DNA of 64,000 nucleotides from Macrostomum lignano (Eukaryota): NCBI GenBank assembly GCA_002269645.1, contig NIVC01000854.1, positions 1 to 64,000 of the forward strand, read 5' to 3'. Shown piece by piece: positions 14,110 to 25,391 of this stretch (position 1 is its first letter; each line of letters starts with the position of its first letter). The notes under the pieces were generated by a model. It saw only the letters and a program-made list of their open reading frames with translations, ran no database searches and was not told where the DNA came from. The position numbers and the translations under genes were made by a program.

Positions 14110-17100
14110 TAATAGAAGCCATACAGCTCGATAGATTCCGATGGGAAACCCAAAGGAAACCCAGTGAAACCAAATGGAACTCAATAGGGTCTAATATGAA
14201 AACCCTTGTAAACCCATGGAAACCAATGGAAACCAATAAAACCCATGGAAACCAATGGAAACCAATGGAACCCATGGAAACCAATGGAACCAATGGAAAC
14301 CAATGGAACCCATGGAAACCAATGGAAACCAATGGAAACTAATGAGAACCCATAAAAACCTATAAAAACACATGGAAACTAATGGAAGCCAATAAAATCC
14401 AATGGAAACTAATCGCAATCGAAGGAATCCAATGAAAACCTAAGGAACCTAATTGAAACCAATGGAAACCCCATTCGCCCCCGCAGGCGGACTGGCGCCA
14501 GCAGGTTCAGGCCGCATTCGACCAGCTCCGAGACAAGGAGCGCCAGCTTGAAGAGAAAGATCGGCAGCTGGTGGACGCCGAGCTTCGAATGCGGATGCTG
14601 GAGCAGCGCATCGCCGAGCAGCAAAGGCAGCACGAAATCGAAGTCCTGTCGCGCGAGTTGACCATCTCGCTGCTGCAGGTGCAGCTGCAGTCTTCCACCG
14701 CGGCCGCGGCCGCCTACGCCGCGCAGCACACGCCGCCGAAACCGCCGCGTAGGTCGACATTTCGACGTCACGGCGGATTGTCGTTTCTGCGCTCTTCGGC
14801 CGGCGCCGGCGGCAACCACTCGGTGCCGAACTCGCACCCGGTTGCCCCTAGCAACGGAGACGCCGCCGGCAATGTCAGTATCGACATTCCAGCCGACGGC
14901 GGCGCTTCGTTGAATATCTCGCAGCCGACGGACGTGAAGCACCTGTTTCATGTCAGCCACGAGCAGCTCAGCTTTGCCGGCTTCGGCGGCGGCGGCGGCT
15001 CTTTGATGTCACGTGAGTTCATTGGTTGATTGATTGTCCACTGGTTGACGTGTTGGTTACTTGCACTGGTGTAGGTTTGGTTTAGTTTTTTAGTTTACCT
15101 TTAGGTCGGATTTAGTTTTTTTAGTTTTTCTTAGGGTAATCTTAAGGTAGCCTTAGTTTTTTAGGTTTCCTTAGGATGTGTTTAGTTTTTTAGGTTACCT
15201 TGAGATGGGTTTAGTTTTTTAGGTTACCTTGGGATGGGTTTAGTTTTTTAGGTTACCTTGGGATGGGTTTAGTTTTTTAGGTTACCTTAGAATGAGTTTA
15301 GTTTTTTAGGTTACCTTGGCGTAATTTTAGTTGTTTAGGTTTCCTCAGATTGGGTTTAGTTTTTTAGGTTTCAGTTAGGTCGGGTTTAGTTTTTTAGACT
15401 TTGGATGGGTTTAGTTTTTTAGGTTACCTTAGGGTAATTTAAGTTTTTTTAGGTTACCTTGGGATGGGTTTAGTTTTTTTTAGGTTACCTTGGGATGGGT
15501 TTAGTTTTTTAGGTTACCTTGGGATGGGTTTAGTTTTTTAGGTTACCTTAGGGTAATTTTAGTTTTTTTAGGTTTCCTTCGGGTGAGTTTAGTTTCCCCT
15601 CGTGTAGATTTTTTATGCTTAAGGTGGCTTTATAGATTCCTTATTTCCATTATCTTACAGATTTGGCTCTATAAACACTATAATAGTCCAGATTTTGTGG
15701 CTAGTAGTTTATTAGTGTTTTATTAGTGATTTGCAAATGAACTTAAAAAAATGTTGTTTTATCTTCTGCTAGAGAGCGGATGCGGCGTTGGCCTGTTCGA
15801 CTCGCCAGCGGTCCAGCAGCCGCCGCCTCCACCGCCGCCGCTGCAGCGCCAGGAGAAAAGCTGCCCCAGTAACAAGCAGCACAGCCTCAGAGCTTGGGGC
15901 GGAAAGTCGTCCTCTCGGCAGCAGCAGGCGAAAGAGCACAGCTCCGCCCGTCGCGGCTTTTTCGGCGGCCTTCACAGTTCGCTTCGATTTGCTTCAAGAA
16001 GCGCCCCAGATCTGCCAGAGAAATGCCAACCGCTTGGCAGCCGATCTGGCAGTAAACGAGAGAAAAAAGGTGAGCGCCGATATGTATCGAAAGTAGAGTT
16101 TCCAAACATTCATTTTGTCCTTAAGATTGAACGCCATTATTATTATCAAAGGGTTTGGATAATTAATTGATGTGCCGTCAGTCGCACCTATCATTTCATA
16201 CATGCCTTTGTTAGTTGCACAGCCGCCGATCCAATAATTAGACGGATTCTTTTAATTAGCATAATGGTCTGTCTGTCTCTGTAGAATTCTGTCCCCTATT
16301 ATCCAATCCCTTCGAAATTTCTATTCCTTCTATGAAGATTTATGAGCTATGAGCTCCTGGTTTTTAGTGTACAGCGGCCCTAACTTTATCGTTAGGCATG
16401 TACACTTCACTGCGCCTTTTTGGGTTGGCCCTCAAGGGCGTTAATTGTCTGCAATCAGTGTGACTGCGCTTGGAATCGAGCCTGGGCCGCCAAGCTTTTT
16501 AGTTTTAATCCACTGATTCACTGGTCAACAATGAAAAATAGGTTGGAGGTTTTTTAGCTGATTACAGGTAATTTTAATGTGCTGAATCTAAAAATCTCTG
16601 ATTTCCGCTGATTTCCATGTTTTAAATATCGCTTTATCTAATGTAAGTATTAGAACTGCAATTAGCTATTATATTTTGTCGCATTTAGCAACCTTATGCA
16701 TTGCAGTGCACACAAGCATACTAAAAACAAGTATAAATGCATAAAACAGGCAAAACGAAAGTCTAAGCTCATGTCAAGGGCAGGCGTTTTCTTATGGCCT
16801 TCTGTGATGAATTTTGTCTGTCTGATCACGCTTCAAGCACCAGCAGTAATCAGCCATCATCGCAGCATACCATCTCCCTTGGTAACGCGTCTCCATCGTT
16901 TTGATGTCCTGTTGGTAGCGCTCTCCTTGTTTATCACTCAAAGCGCCGAGGTTGTCCGGAAATCTCGAGAGGTGGGAATTCAGGTAATGCATCTTGATGC
17001 TCATATTACACCCTATCCTGCAATATGCAGCCATCAAGTTTTCAACCAATTCCTCAGTTGTCAGCTTTCCTATTTTCTAGAAAGTTGCTGACCACCTGGC

Positions 17101-20100
17101 AAAAAGCACGCCAGGCTGCCCAACCAATTCCTGACAGTTGTCAGCTTTCCTATTTTCTAGAAAGTTGCTGACTACCTGGCAAAAGCACGCCAGGCTGCCC
17201 AACCAATTCCTGACAGTTGTCAGCTTTCCTATTTCCTAGAAAGTTGCTGACCACCTGGCAAAAAGCACGCCAGGCTGCCCAACCAATTCCTGACAGTTGT
17301 CAGCTTTCCTATTTCCTAGAAAGTTGCTGACCACCTGGCAAAAAGCACGCCAGGCTGCCCAACCAATTCCTGACAGTTGTCAGCTTTCCTATTTCCTAGA
17401 AAGTTGCTGACCACCTGGCAAAAAGCACGCCAGGCTGCCCTTTCCACATTCGTCATCGATCTCTCAAAATCGGCATCCATCAAATATGCCAGCCTTCAGC
17501 TTCTCCTCAGTGAGTGACGGAAATGCATAGCACAAATACTCGAAGCACTTTCCTTGCTTGTCGAGCGCTTTGGTGAATTGCTTGATGAGGCTCAATTTGA
17601 TGTGCAGGGGTGGGAACAAGATCTTGTCGCGATTGACCAATGGCTCGTGGATCACGTTCTTTGCAAGGCTCCAGATGCTCTCTGACAGGCCATTCCTTCT
17701 GAATGTAGTGCTTCTGCTTTGCACGGCTGTCCCACATGCACAAGAAACAGGGAAACTTGGTGTAGCCTGATTGCTGGCCTTGCAGAAAATTTACCATCTT
17801 CAGATCAACGCAAATTACCCGTTGGTGGTCGTGGTAGGCAATTTTTTTGCAGAACATAGTCTTTCTCCTGCGCGAAGTACTTCATTAATGGGCCGTGCCT
17901 GTTGCATCTTCACCGAGAAAGTTCTTCGACTTCAGCCTGGAAGCCAGTAGCTTGCTGGCTTGCTTGGAAAGATGCAGATCGCGCACCAAGTCATTCAGCT
18001 CTTCTTGCGAGAAAGTCTGAGGAGCACAGCTCTCGTCAGAAGGCAAGTAGGCATCATCATAAGCGATTGCATCCCCGGTGTTGCATTCCATGTCATCTTC
18101 GCCGTCGCTGATGTCTTGCAGCCCAGCATACGCAGGTACAAGAATTTCCTCACAGTGGAGGACTGGCCGACGCGCTGTTTCAAGGTCAGGGTATGTGAGA
18201 GTTATGCCAATTGTTGCGATTGATACCGTTCAGGTTGATGGCGCAAAAATAGCAGTCGCTGATGTGATTTGATGGTTCTCTCCACAACATCGGGATGCCG
18301 AACTTCATGCCTCTGCTCTTGCCTTTGGTCCACAAGCGAAGTGCATCTGTGCAGCTCTTTCAGACAACATGGGGGGCCATCGCTTGTCCTGGTCTGCAAG
18401 CTGCATCCCAAAGTATGACATATAGGTACGCTTAATGAATGGTGTTACAGAATTCAATCTGTAACATCTTGAGGTTGTACTCGCCACAAATGTAGCAGAA
18501 TGAGTTTCGTTCCTACATGCTCGCCTAGCCGATGCCATTGTTCCAAATTCAATGTGAGGGTAGCCAGCGCGCACAGTGGTGATAATTATAGAATTATTTG
18601 GCGATCACAAGTGCCTGCTTTTATAGGCTTTGACCGCCATTATTTGCCTCCTAAACATCCCTTTGTGCATTGAATACTAGTAAAAAGGCATTTTAAACTT
18701 GCAGATTCCTGCAATTATTTCAGAAATTCAAATTTGCCAAAAAAACTTGACCTGATTGAGCAAAATGAAGGTGATTTTTGGATTCAGCGCCTCAAAATTA
18801 TCTGAAATCAGCTGAGAAAGTCTTGACCTTTTATTTTTCGTTGGCCAGTGACCCCAATTAAATGTGCCTTAAGAAGGTTATTTAATACATAGAGAGTCGC
18901 CCATTTAGCTCACCGAGAATCTATTCAAATTACTAACTGAATCAGGCTTGGGAACAGTCGTTCACACTATCAATGCCTATTTCTCAAACCCTATATACCG
19001 TTTTCTATGCTATGCTATTCAGTTCAATGTGAAAGTGAGATTGAGTTATTAATTAGTTTTTGTGTTTGGCATCTCAGTTTATTTTCATTAAACATTCTTA
19101 ATTGCGATATATTTTCAATTAAAGTACAGCAGTTTTTGTCAATTTTGTGTTAAATATTGCCGCGTTACAAACTCTGCGTTAGCCTCTGCTCCAGTGGCGA
19201 AAGCGGCAACATCAGGTCTGGCTTTGCCATTGTGTTCAGGCCACGCCGCCACTGCTGCTGCTGCTGCTGCAGCATCTTCTAGCGGTAGCCGCCGCAGTGG
19301 CCGTCGAGTCTCAGGCGGTCCTAGCGGCGGCGGCGGCGGCAGGGGCGCAGCTTCTGTGCCCGCCACACCAGACGCTGGCCTTTGCCCAGCCTGCTATTTC
19401 TCTTATCTTGGTAATTGTGCCTTTGAAGACAGTCAACTGGTTAGATAGTAAATTTCATTACTCTTTAAAGTCCGCTTTTTATAAAAACAGTTTCAAGGCT
19501 AGAAAGCGCTAGTCTATAAATAGAAACAATGTACATGCCGCGCTAATGCTTGAAAGGGGTAGAGGAGAAGCGCTAGTCTATAAATAGAAGCAATGTACAT
19601 GCCGGGCTTGTGCTTGAGAGGGGTAGAGCGAATTGAAAGCGCAAGTCTATAAATAGAAGCGATGTACATGCCGGGCTTGTGCTTGAGAGGGGTAGAGCGA
19701 ATTGAAAGCGCAAGTCTATAAATAGAAGCAATGTAGATGCCGCCGGGATTGGCCTTTGCTGTATATGCGCTATGGATGTACACAATCGCTTGTAATTAAG
19801 GCACTGAATGTATAAGAAACATTTGTAAAAGCCAAATAATCTATTATTAATGTGATCACAGCTTTAAGTTAGTGCTTTATAGTTATTAATTTATAAATAT
19901 AAACCAACACAATGAAGCATGCTTTTCAAATTTAAAATTTTCGTGTCTTATCTTTATATACTAAAAATACCAAATGAAAATCTGGCTACAAATTAATGTT
20001 GTTCACATAGCATATGCCGATAGTATTTTTACCGTGCTTTTCTCTCTGCTTTGTCTGTTGTTTTGTAATACAAAAAAATTATAAAACTAATCAGATTTTT

Positions 20101-22789
20101 GCCTGTGTCCAACTGAATTCTTTTTAAATATAATTTCTTCTGGTGCTAAGAATTTGTTAAATTTCCTTATTGCTTATCACCATATCGCAAGCTTATGGTG
20201 AGTCTGTGAGTATGGGTTGTGCAGCATTCGCTTAGGTGTATCTTATATCTGTCAATCTAAGAGTTGCAGCTAGTCAATGTAACCTGATTCATTTCGCCTT
20301 GTAAGTCGAAAAAAAATTTGTAGATTTCCGGATCTGCTTTTTTATTATCTTATATATCGAAATGAAAATCCCTGGATTAACTCCATTTCCCTGCTATTAC
20401 CTACAGGGGAATTTCGTGCCCTAATCTGCCATTTCAATTTTCTGCTTTTTTTGTAAAAATAATCTCCCTATTGGGATTTCTTTTTAATACAAAACATTGC
20501 CCTCGATAATGCGCCACTGGCTTTTAGAAGTTTCCGTATGTGAAAAACTAGAAACGAATTTTAGCATGAGCGGGAATGAGGGGCTGGCTGATAGACAGAC
20601 AGGCAGACAGAAAGGCAGACTGGCAGGCATACAGACAGACACAGGCAAACGAACAGAAAAGAGGTGCCAATCAAGGCAAAAAATTAAGCCACTCAGGCGA
20701 TTTTTAAATCATCTTTGTTAAAATAGCAAATTTAGCTACATTTATGTGTATTTAATAGAAATTCAGGCAAATCGAATTGGCATAAAAATCTATACTTCTG
20801 TGGTTATTGATAGTAAACTTTACTAGCACTGTAGTTTAGTCAATAAAAGTCACTGCATGGACTGTAACATAGAAAAAGTTATTTAACAGAAAGATTCGCA
20901 CACAGAAAAAAGTTATTTCCTGAACCGGCTCTTTGCCTGGGGACCAGCCCGCTCATCCCAGTTGGACTCCTCCACGTTCTCCGGGGCCGGCAGGTCGCTG
21001 AGCTCGTCAGCCTCCGACTCGACCAGGTAGTTGTCGGACTCGTCATCATCCAGCTGCTCGAAGGCTGAGATTTGAACCGCAGCGATGGAGAGGCAAAGTA
21101 GGGAGGTCAGAAAGAGCTGCCACTTCATGTTTTGGCTTTCGTCTTGCTTTACTCGTGTCGGTCTATGCAGTGTCTGTCTGCCTAGCTAATGCCCACAGCT
21201 GCACCGCTTTATATAAACCCTGTTCTATTTCACGTGCCAAGCAAGGAGCAGCTTGTTTTGCCACAAAACCCTCACGAGCACGTGCGGGCACTGAGATAGA
21301 ATTGTAGATCTTGTGACCCTGCAGCAGCTTCACTCAATTGAGACAATGGAGGTTGACCCACCTCCTTGTTTTGTTGCGAGCAATTCTAAATAGGATAGAG
21401 AGAAAGCACGTGAGATATTAAAACCTTTGGCATCATTAAATGCAGCTTGGCACTCGGAGTGGACTGTGGGCTGCTTCGCGTTTTTCAACTTGACTAGAAT
21501 TCTGAGTATTAACCTGGCAACACATTCAGCTGCAAGTTGTGTGCCAAATTTCAGTGCTGTGTAAAAAAATAAGTCTTACCTGCGTCAACTGAAAAATAGC
21601 TTTGAAAAGCACATCTTAGCCCTTGGCGTCAGTTTAGATGCACTTAAGGCCTCTGAATAGCACTATAATGTCCATGTATGTAGATAAAAAGACACTTAAC
21701 TATAAGAAGCAGGCCTAATCTCAGACAAACAGAAACTAAGACAGACAGGCAGACAGACACAGGCAGGTAGGCAGACAGAGACACACAAAAGCCTATGGAG
21801 TCAGAGAACCTCAAATGCCGAAACCTTCCAAGGTGCTGAACACCTGCATCTGGGTGGCTTGATTAAAAAGAGCCGCTAAAAAACAATAATTGTCCGCCCG
21901 CTCGCCTCGCGCTCCCTCAGACGGCGGCGCCACCCCGGCGGTCAGGAGGCCGCACCAGTCGCTGCTGTCCCGCCTTCGCGAGGCCCTCGCCCGTCGCCCG
22001 GCCGCCCGCGGCCGCCTGCCAGCCTGGGCCGCCCCGGCCGTCCTGCTGGCCGCTCCGGTGCTGCACGCCGACGTCCGGCTGGCCTGTCTGCCCGCCGACC
22101 TTCGGCCGCCGATCAGCTCTGTCGATGAACTCGACGGCGACGGCGACGGTGGCGAAGGCGGCGAAGAAGAATCTACGAATTCGCCACGCGTGCTGACGGA
22201 GGCCGGTGGCGACTCTGCAGGCGCTGCTGCCGCCCTGCTGAGCGTCCGCGCCGCCTCCGTCAGGTCCGGCTCCGCCTCGCTGCCCCGCCGGTTCCGGGCG
22301 CAGAGCAGCGACACCGAGTCGCATCCGCACCACCGTCAGCAGCATCCGGCTCGTCACGTGACCTTCGACGACGAGACTGATGCCGAGCAGGCTGGGTCGA
22401 CTTATCTTCGGCCGCCGCCCCGCCGGAAGCGGAGCAGCAGCGGCAGCGGACACGAGGAACTCTGCGAAATTGGCTGCGGCAGCGCGGGAGCGGCAGAGAG
22501 TCTGGAGCGGCCCTACCAGCTCGACCTGCTGGTTCGTCGGAGACAAGCGGAAATGGCCGTCTCCGCTGCTGCTGCCGCTGCTACTACGCCAGCCACTTCC
22601 TCTGCGGAAGCGGTGGCGGCGGCCGTTGAAGATCCAGACTGTCCAGCATCGCCAGATGATGAAGACCCGCCGCCCCCGTCCTTCGTCATCCGTCAGACTC
22701 CGTCAGATTCCACCGGCTACGGCTCCGCGGTGGGCAACACGCCCACGCATCCAGACGAGGGCGACGATGATAAAAACAGCTGCGTTTGA
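1131..22789 (+). CDS. MLK: Mixed-lineage kinase (MLK1-4/slipper-like MAP3K), 7 coding exons, ~1100 aa; exons 1-2 carry small indels
   Basis: Exons 1131-1500, 2395-2844, 13362-13948, 14487-15012, 15773-16069, 19183-19410, 21921-22789, all GT-AG with matching phases (2,1,0,1,1,1). SH3: IASYTGADDDE-LSFTAGARILVVSRD..DEGWF..LPGNFV. Kinase: VAVK, HPNIV, (HR)DLKSSN|ILL, DFGLA, GTHAYMSPE, DVWSYGVVLWELLTGEVPY. Leucine zipper: WRQQVQAAFDQLRDKE..EVLSRELTISLLQV. CRIB-like: ISQPTDVKHLFHV. This domain order is diagnostic of MLKs. Confidence 0.92.
1540..2330. repeat. ~31 bp minisatellite filling MLK intron 1
   Basis: Unit CTGTGTAATATAATCTGTTTGATCTGTGCCG, ~25 copies with scattered single-base indels. Confidence 0.95.
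2890..12210. repeat. ~9.3 kb 21/19 bp minisatellite array in MLK intron 2
   Basis: Interleaved units TAGTTAGATAGGTAGACACTA (21 bp) and TGCAGATAGGTAGACACTA (19 bp) plus minor variants; source of all the VSTYLTI/SVYLSNY ORFs. Confidence 0.99.
12474..12553. repeat. (GA)n microsatellite
   Basis: Direct reading. Confidence 0.95.
14056..14470. repeat. (GA)n/(GT)n followed by a degenerate 9-10 bp GGAAACCAAT array in MLK intron 3
   Basis: Direct reading; the array runs up to the acceptor at 14486. Confidence 0.9.
15075..15600. repeat. ~29 bp degenerate minisatellite in MLK intron 4
   Basis: Unit approx. GGATGGGTTTAGTTTTTTAGGTTACCTTG. Confidence 0.9.
16369..16497 (-). mobile_element. Short dispersed repeat, putative tRNA-derived SINE (family B)
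   Basis: GTACAGCGGCCCT(A/G)ACTTT..TAGGCATGTAC..GGGTTGGCCCTCA recurs at 33609, 39077 and 41392; the minus strand carries the B-box-like GGCTCGATTCC. Confidence 0.6.
16519..18850 (-). mobile_element. Chapaev3-type (CMC superfamily) DNA transposon with a decayed transposase
   Basis: TIRs CACTGGTCAACAATGAAAAATA (16519) and CACTGGCCAACGAAAAATA (reverse complement ending 18850), with further imperfect subterminal inverted similarity (AGCTGATT..TAATTTT..GCTGAATC.AAAAATC). Transposase pieces from ATG 18538 to ~16790: FCYICG, DQDKRW, REP..H..DCYFC, DLKMVNFL.GQQSGYTKFPCFLCMWDSR, PPLHIKL.LIKQF.KAL, GCNMSIKMHYLNSH..FPDNLGALSD.QGERYQQDI..METRYQGRW. Multiple frameshifts. Confidence 0.88.
17040..17440. repeat. 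80 bp tandem repeat (~5 copies) inside the transposase CDS
   Basis: CCAATTCC starts recur at 17045, 17124, 17203, 17283 and 17363. Confidence 0.95.
19500..19745. repeat. ~69 bp tandem repeat, ~3.5 copies
   Basis: GTCTATAAATAGAA recurs at 19512, 19576, 19645 and 19714. Confidence 0.9.
20913..21128 (-). CDS. Small secreted peptide precursor (71 aa), nested antisense in MLK intron 6
   Basis: MKWQLFLTSLLCLSIAAVQISA signal-peptide-like N-terminus, very acidic middle (DDDESDNYLVESEADE), basic C-terminus AKSRFRK; TATA box ~80 bp upstream of the ATG. Confidence 0.75.
   Translation of the reverse strand: MKWQLFLTSLLCLSIAAVQISAFEQLDDDESDNYLVESEADELSDLPAPENVEESNWDERAGPQAKSRFRK
21207..21215 (-). promoter_or_regulatory. 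TATA box of the secreted-peptide gene
   Basis: TATATAAAG on the minus strand, upstream of ATG 21128. Confidence 0.55.
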
Positions 22790-22794
22790 GTCGG

Positions 22795-23530
22795 CTCTCA
22801 CTCACCTGTTGGTCACTCCCCCTCACCTGTTGGTCACTCCCCCCTCACCTGTTGGTCACTCCCCCCTCACCTGTTGGTCACTCCCCCTCACCTGTTGGTC
22901 ACTCCCCCTCACCTGTTGGTCACTCCCCCTCACCTGTTGGTCACTCCCCCTCACCTGTTGGTCACTCCCCCTCACCTGTTGGTCACTCCCCCTCACCTGT
23001 TGGTCACTCCCCCTCACCTGTTGGTCACTCCCCCTCACCTGTTGGTCACTCCCCCTCACCTGTTGGTCACTCCCCCTCACCTGTTGGTCACTCCCCTCAC
23101 CTGTTGGTCACTCCCCCCTCACCTGTTGGTCACTCCCCCTCACCTGTTGGTCACTCCCCCCTCACCTGTTGGTCACTCCCCCTCACCTGTTGGTCACTCC
23201 CCTCACCTGTTGGTCACTCCCCCTCACCTGTTGGTCACTCCCCCTCACCTGTTGGTCACTCCCCCTCACCTGTTGGTCACTCCCCCTCACCTGTTGGTCA
23301 CTCCCCCTCACCTGTTGGTCACTCCCCCCTCACCTGTTGGTCAATCTCCTCACCTGTTGGTCACTCCCCCCTCACCTGTTGGTCACTCCCCCTTACCTGT
23401 TGGTCACTCCCCCTTACCTGTTGGTCACTCCCCCCTCATCTGTTGGTCATTCCCCCCTCACCTGTTGGTCACTCCCCTCACCTGTTGGTCACTCCCCCTT
23501 ATCTGTTGTCACTCTCCCCTCAACTGTTGG
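22795..23530. repeat. 21 bp minisatellite starting just after the MLK stop codon
   Basis: Unit CTCACCTGTTGGTCACTCCCC with a variable-length C run. Confidence 0.97.
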
Positions 23531-23994
23531 TCTTTAATTTTAAACAACGCTGCATTTTATATTAAATAGTTATATTAATTTGTTTGATCAGAAATAATGT
23601 GCAATGTATTTACTTTAAAAAATATTGTAACTTATTATAAATGTCATCATTTAATGTGCAAAAAATTTACTTTGCTTTCGCATTCAATGGAACTCAATTT
23701 TGTTACACAAAATTAATTTTCTAGTCAATTGTAGAGCTAAAAATAAGTTTTCTCACTGTATCTGTGCAAGGTTATATTTCAATTTTAAAAAGTACATTTG
23801 TGTACTTGCGTGTTTTATCATATCGAGTGGTATAAATTTTTATTTAAATTTTATGCAATATCATGTATACTTTACAATAGCGAAGATGTCTTCTAGTGCT
23901 TAATTGTAACTTCTAGAGTTTAAAGAGTTCTAGTGTCTAAAAATTAGTGTTTATGAATTAGAGTTTAGAAATTAGGGTTTATATAATAGAGTTT

Positions 23995-24160
23995 ATAAAC
24001 TAGGGTTTAGGTATTAGGGCTTAGAGATTAGGGTTTAGAAATCAGGGTTTAGAAATCAGGGTTTAGAAATCAGGGTTTAGGAATCATGGTTTAGGAATTA
24101 GGGTTTAGAAATCAGGGTTTAGAAATCAGGGTTTAGAAATCAGGGTTTAGGAATCAGGGT
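23995..24160. repeat. Telomere-like degenerate 14 bp repeat
   Basis: (T/C)AGGGTTTAG(A/G)AAT units containing TTAGGG/TCAGGG. Confidence 0.75.
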
Positions 24161-24478
24161 TCGTGTCCGTGTGCATGTGCAATCCCAGCTTGGGCATGAG
24201 CTGGGGCAGCTCAAAGTGTATTTATAACAGTTGTGTATTGCTTCTCTGTCATGCATATCAGTGTACAGCATTGAGTGTGCATAAATATATTGCTTGTGTC
24301 TATTTGACAACTTCATGCTTTTCTATCCGATATGCTAATATATTGTTACTGCGCTCACACTCTGACCTCTAATTGACCTTTAAATGCTTTCTTTTTGCTT
24401 CTTTCGTGTCGATATTTTCTGAATAAACTTTCTGAATAAACACCAAGAATAACATTGACAAAATAACAATAAACATCT

Positions 24479-24742
24479 GCTCTCTCTCTCTCTCCCTCTC
24501 TCTCCATCTCTATCTCTCTCTCTCTTTCTCTCTCTGTCTCTCTCTCCCCTCTCTCTCTCCCTCTCTCTCTCTCTCTTTTTCTCTCTCTCTCTCCCCTCTC
24601 TCTCCCTCTCTCTCTCTCCCCTCTCTCTCCCTCTCTCTCCCTCTCTCTCTCTCTTTCTCTCTCTCTACCTCTCTCTTTCTCTCTCTCCATCTCTCTCTCT
24701 CTCTTTCTCTCTCTCCATCTCTCTCTCCCTCTCTCTCTCTCT
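24479..24742. repeat. (CT)n-rich polypyrimidine tract
   Basis: Direct reading. Confidence 0.95.
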
Positions 24743-25391
24743 GGTTATTCGGCTAATTGAAAGTTCTCAAGCCGAAGTGTACTGAATCATGCCTTGAGCA
24801 GCTGTGTGCTTAGTTAAAAGTACATTGCATCAAAACTTCACCAGCCGGTCGCTTACGCAATAAGGCTGCTCAAAAATAGGCCGCAGCGAGTAGAGCATGG
24901 GAGAATGGCACTCGAGAAGAGACTGGGGGAAGCAAAACGTGCTCTGAGGGGAGAGAGCAGCTCTGATAAAGCAAACTTGAGACGTTTTGCTGTTTACTCT
25001 CACTCTACCAGGCAGTCACGCAAGGATTTTGTAAGAGTTCGGAATTTGAGGGAACTGCTCTCTCAAAGAGTTCAAAAGAGGGTCATTTTGGCGCCATCGG
25101 AGCATGTTTGGCGCCATTCGAGCATGTTTGCTGCTTTAGTAACTCTTTACCGCCATCGAACCAATTTAGCGCCTGCAAAGATTTTTTCGACGCTGTGTGG
25201 CCGATTCGTTTTTCACTTAAAAACACTGGCTGAATTATATACATGTAGTCCAATGGTCGGCTAGTGAAGCAGTCCTTAGCTGAGCTCAGTGCTTGACGTA
25301 AAGGTTTCTGCCCTAGAGGCCGCGCTAATACGCTATAGCTTCTTACAGCAAGCAGGATTCACAAAGCAGGCAGACAATCGGCCATTCAAGG

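Noticed and set aside
20913-20930. RFamide neuropeptide
   Set aside because: The C-terminus reads RFRK, not RFG-K/R; there is no amidation glycine unless a base is miscalled
21890-22789. Stand-alone 299 aa gene
   Set aside because: A phase-1 acceptor at 21920 matches the upstream MLK donor, so it is better explained as the last MLK exon
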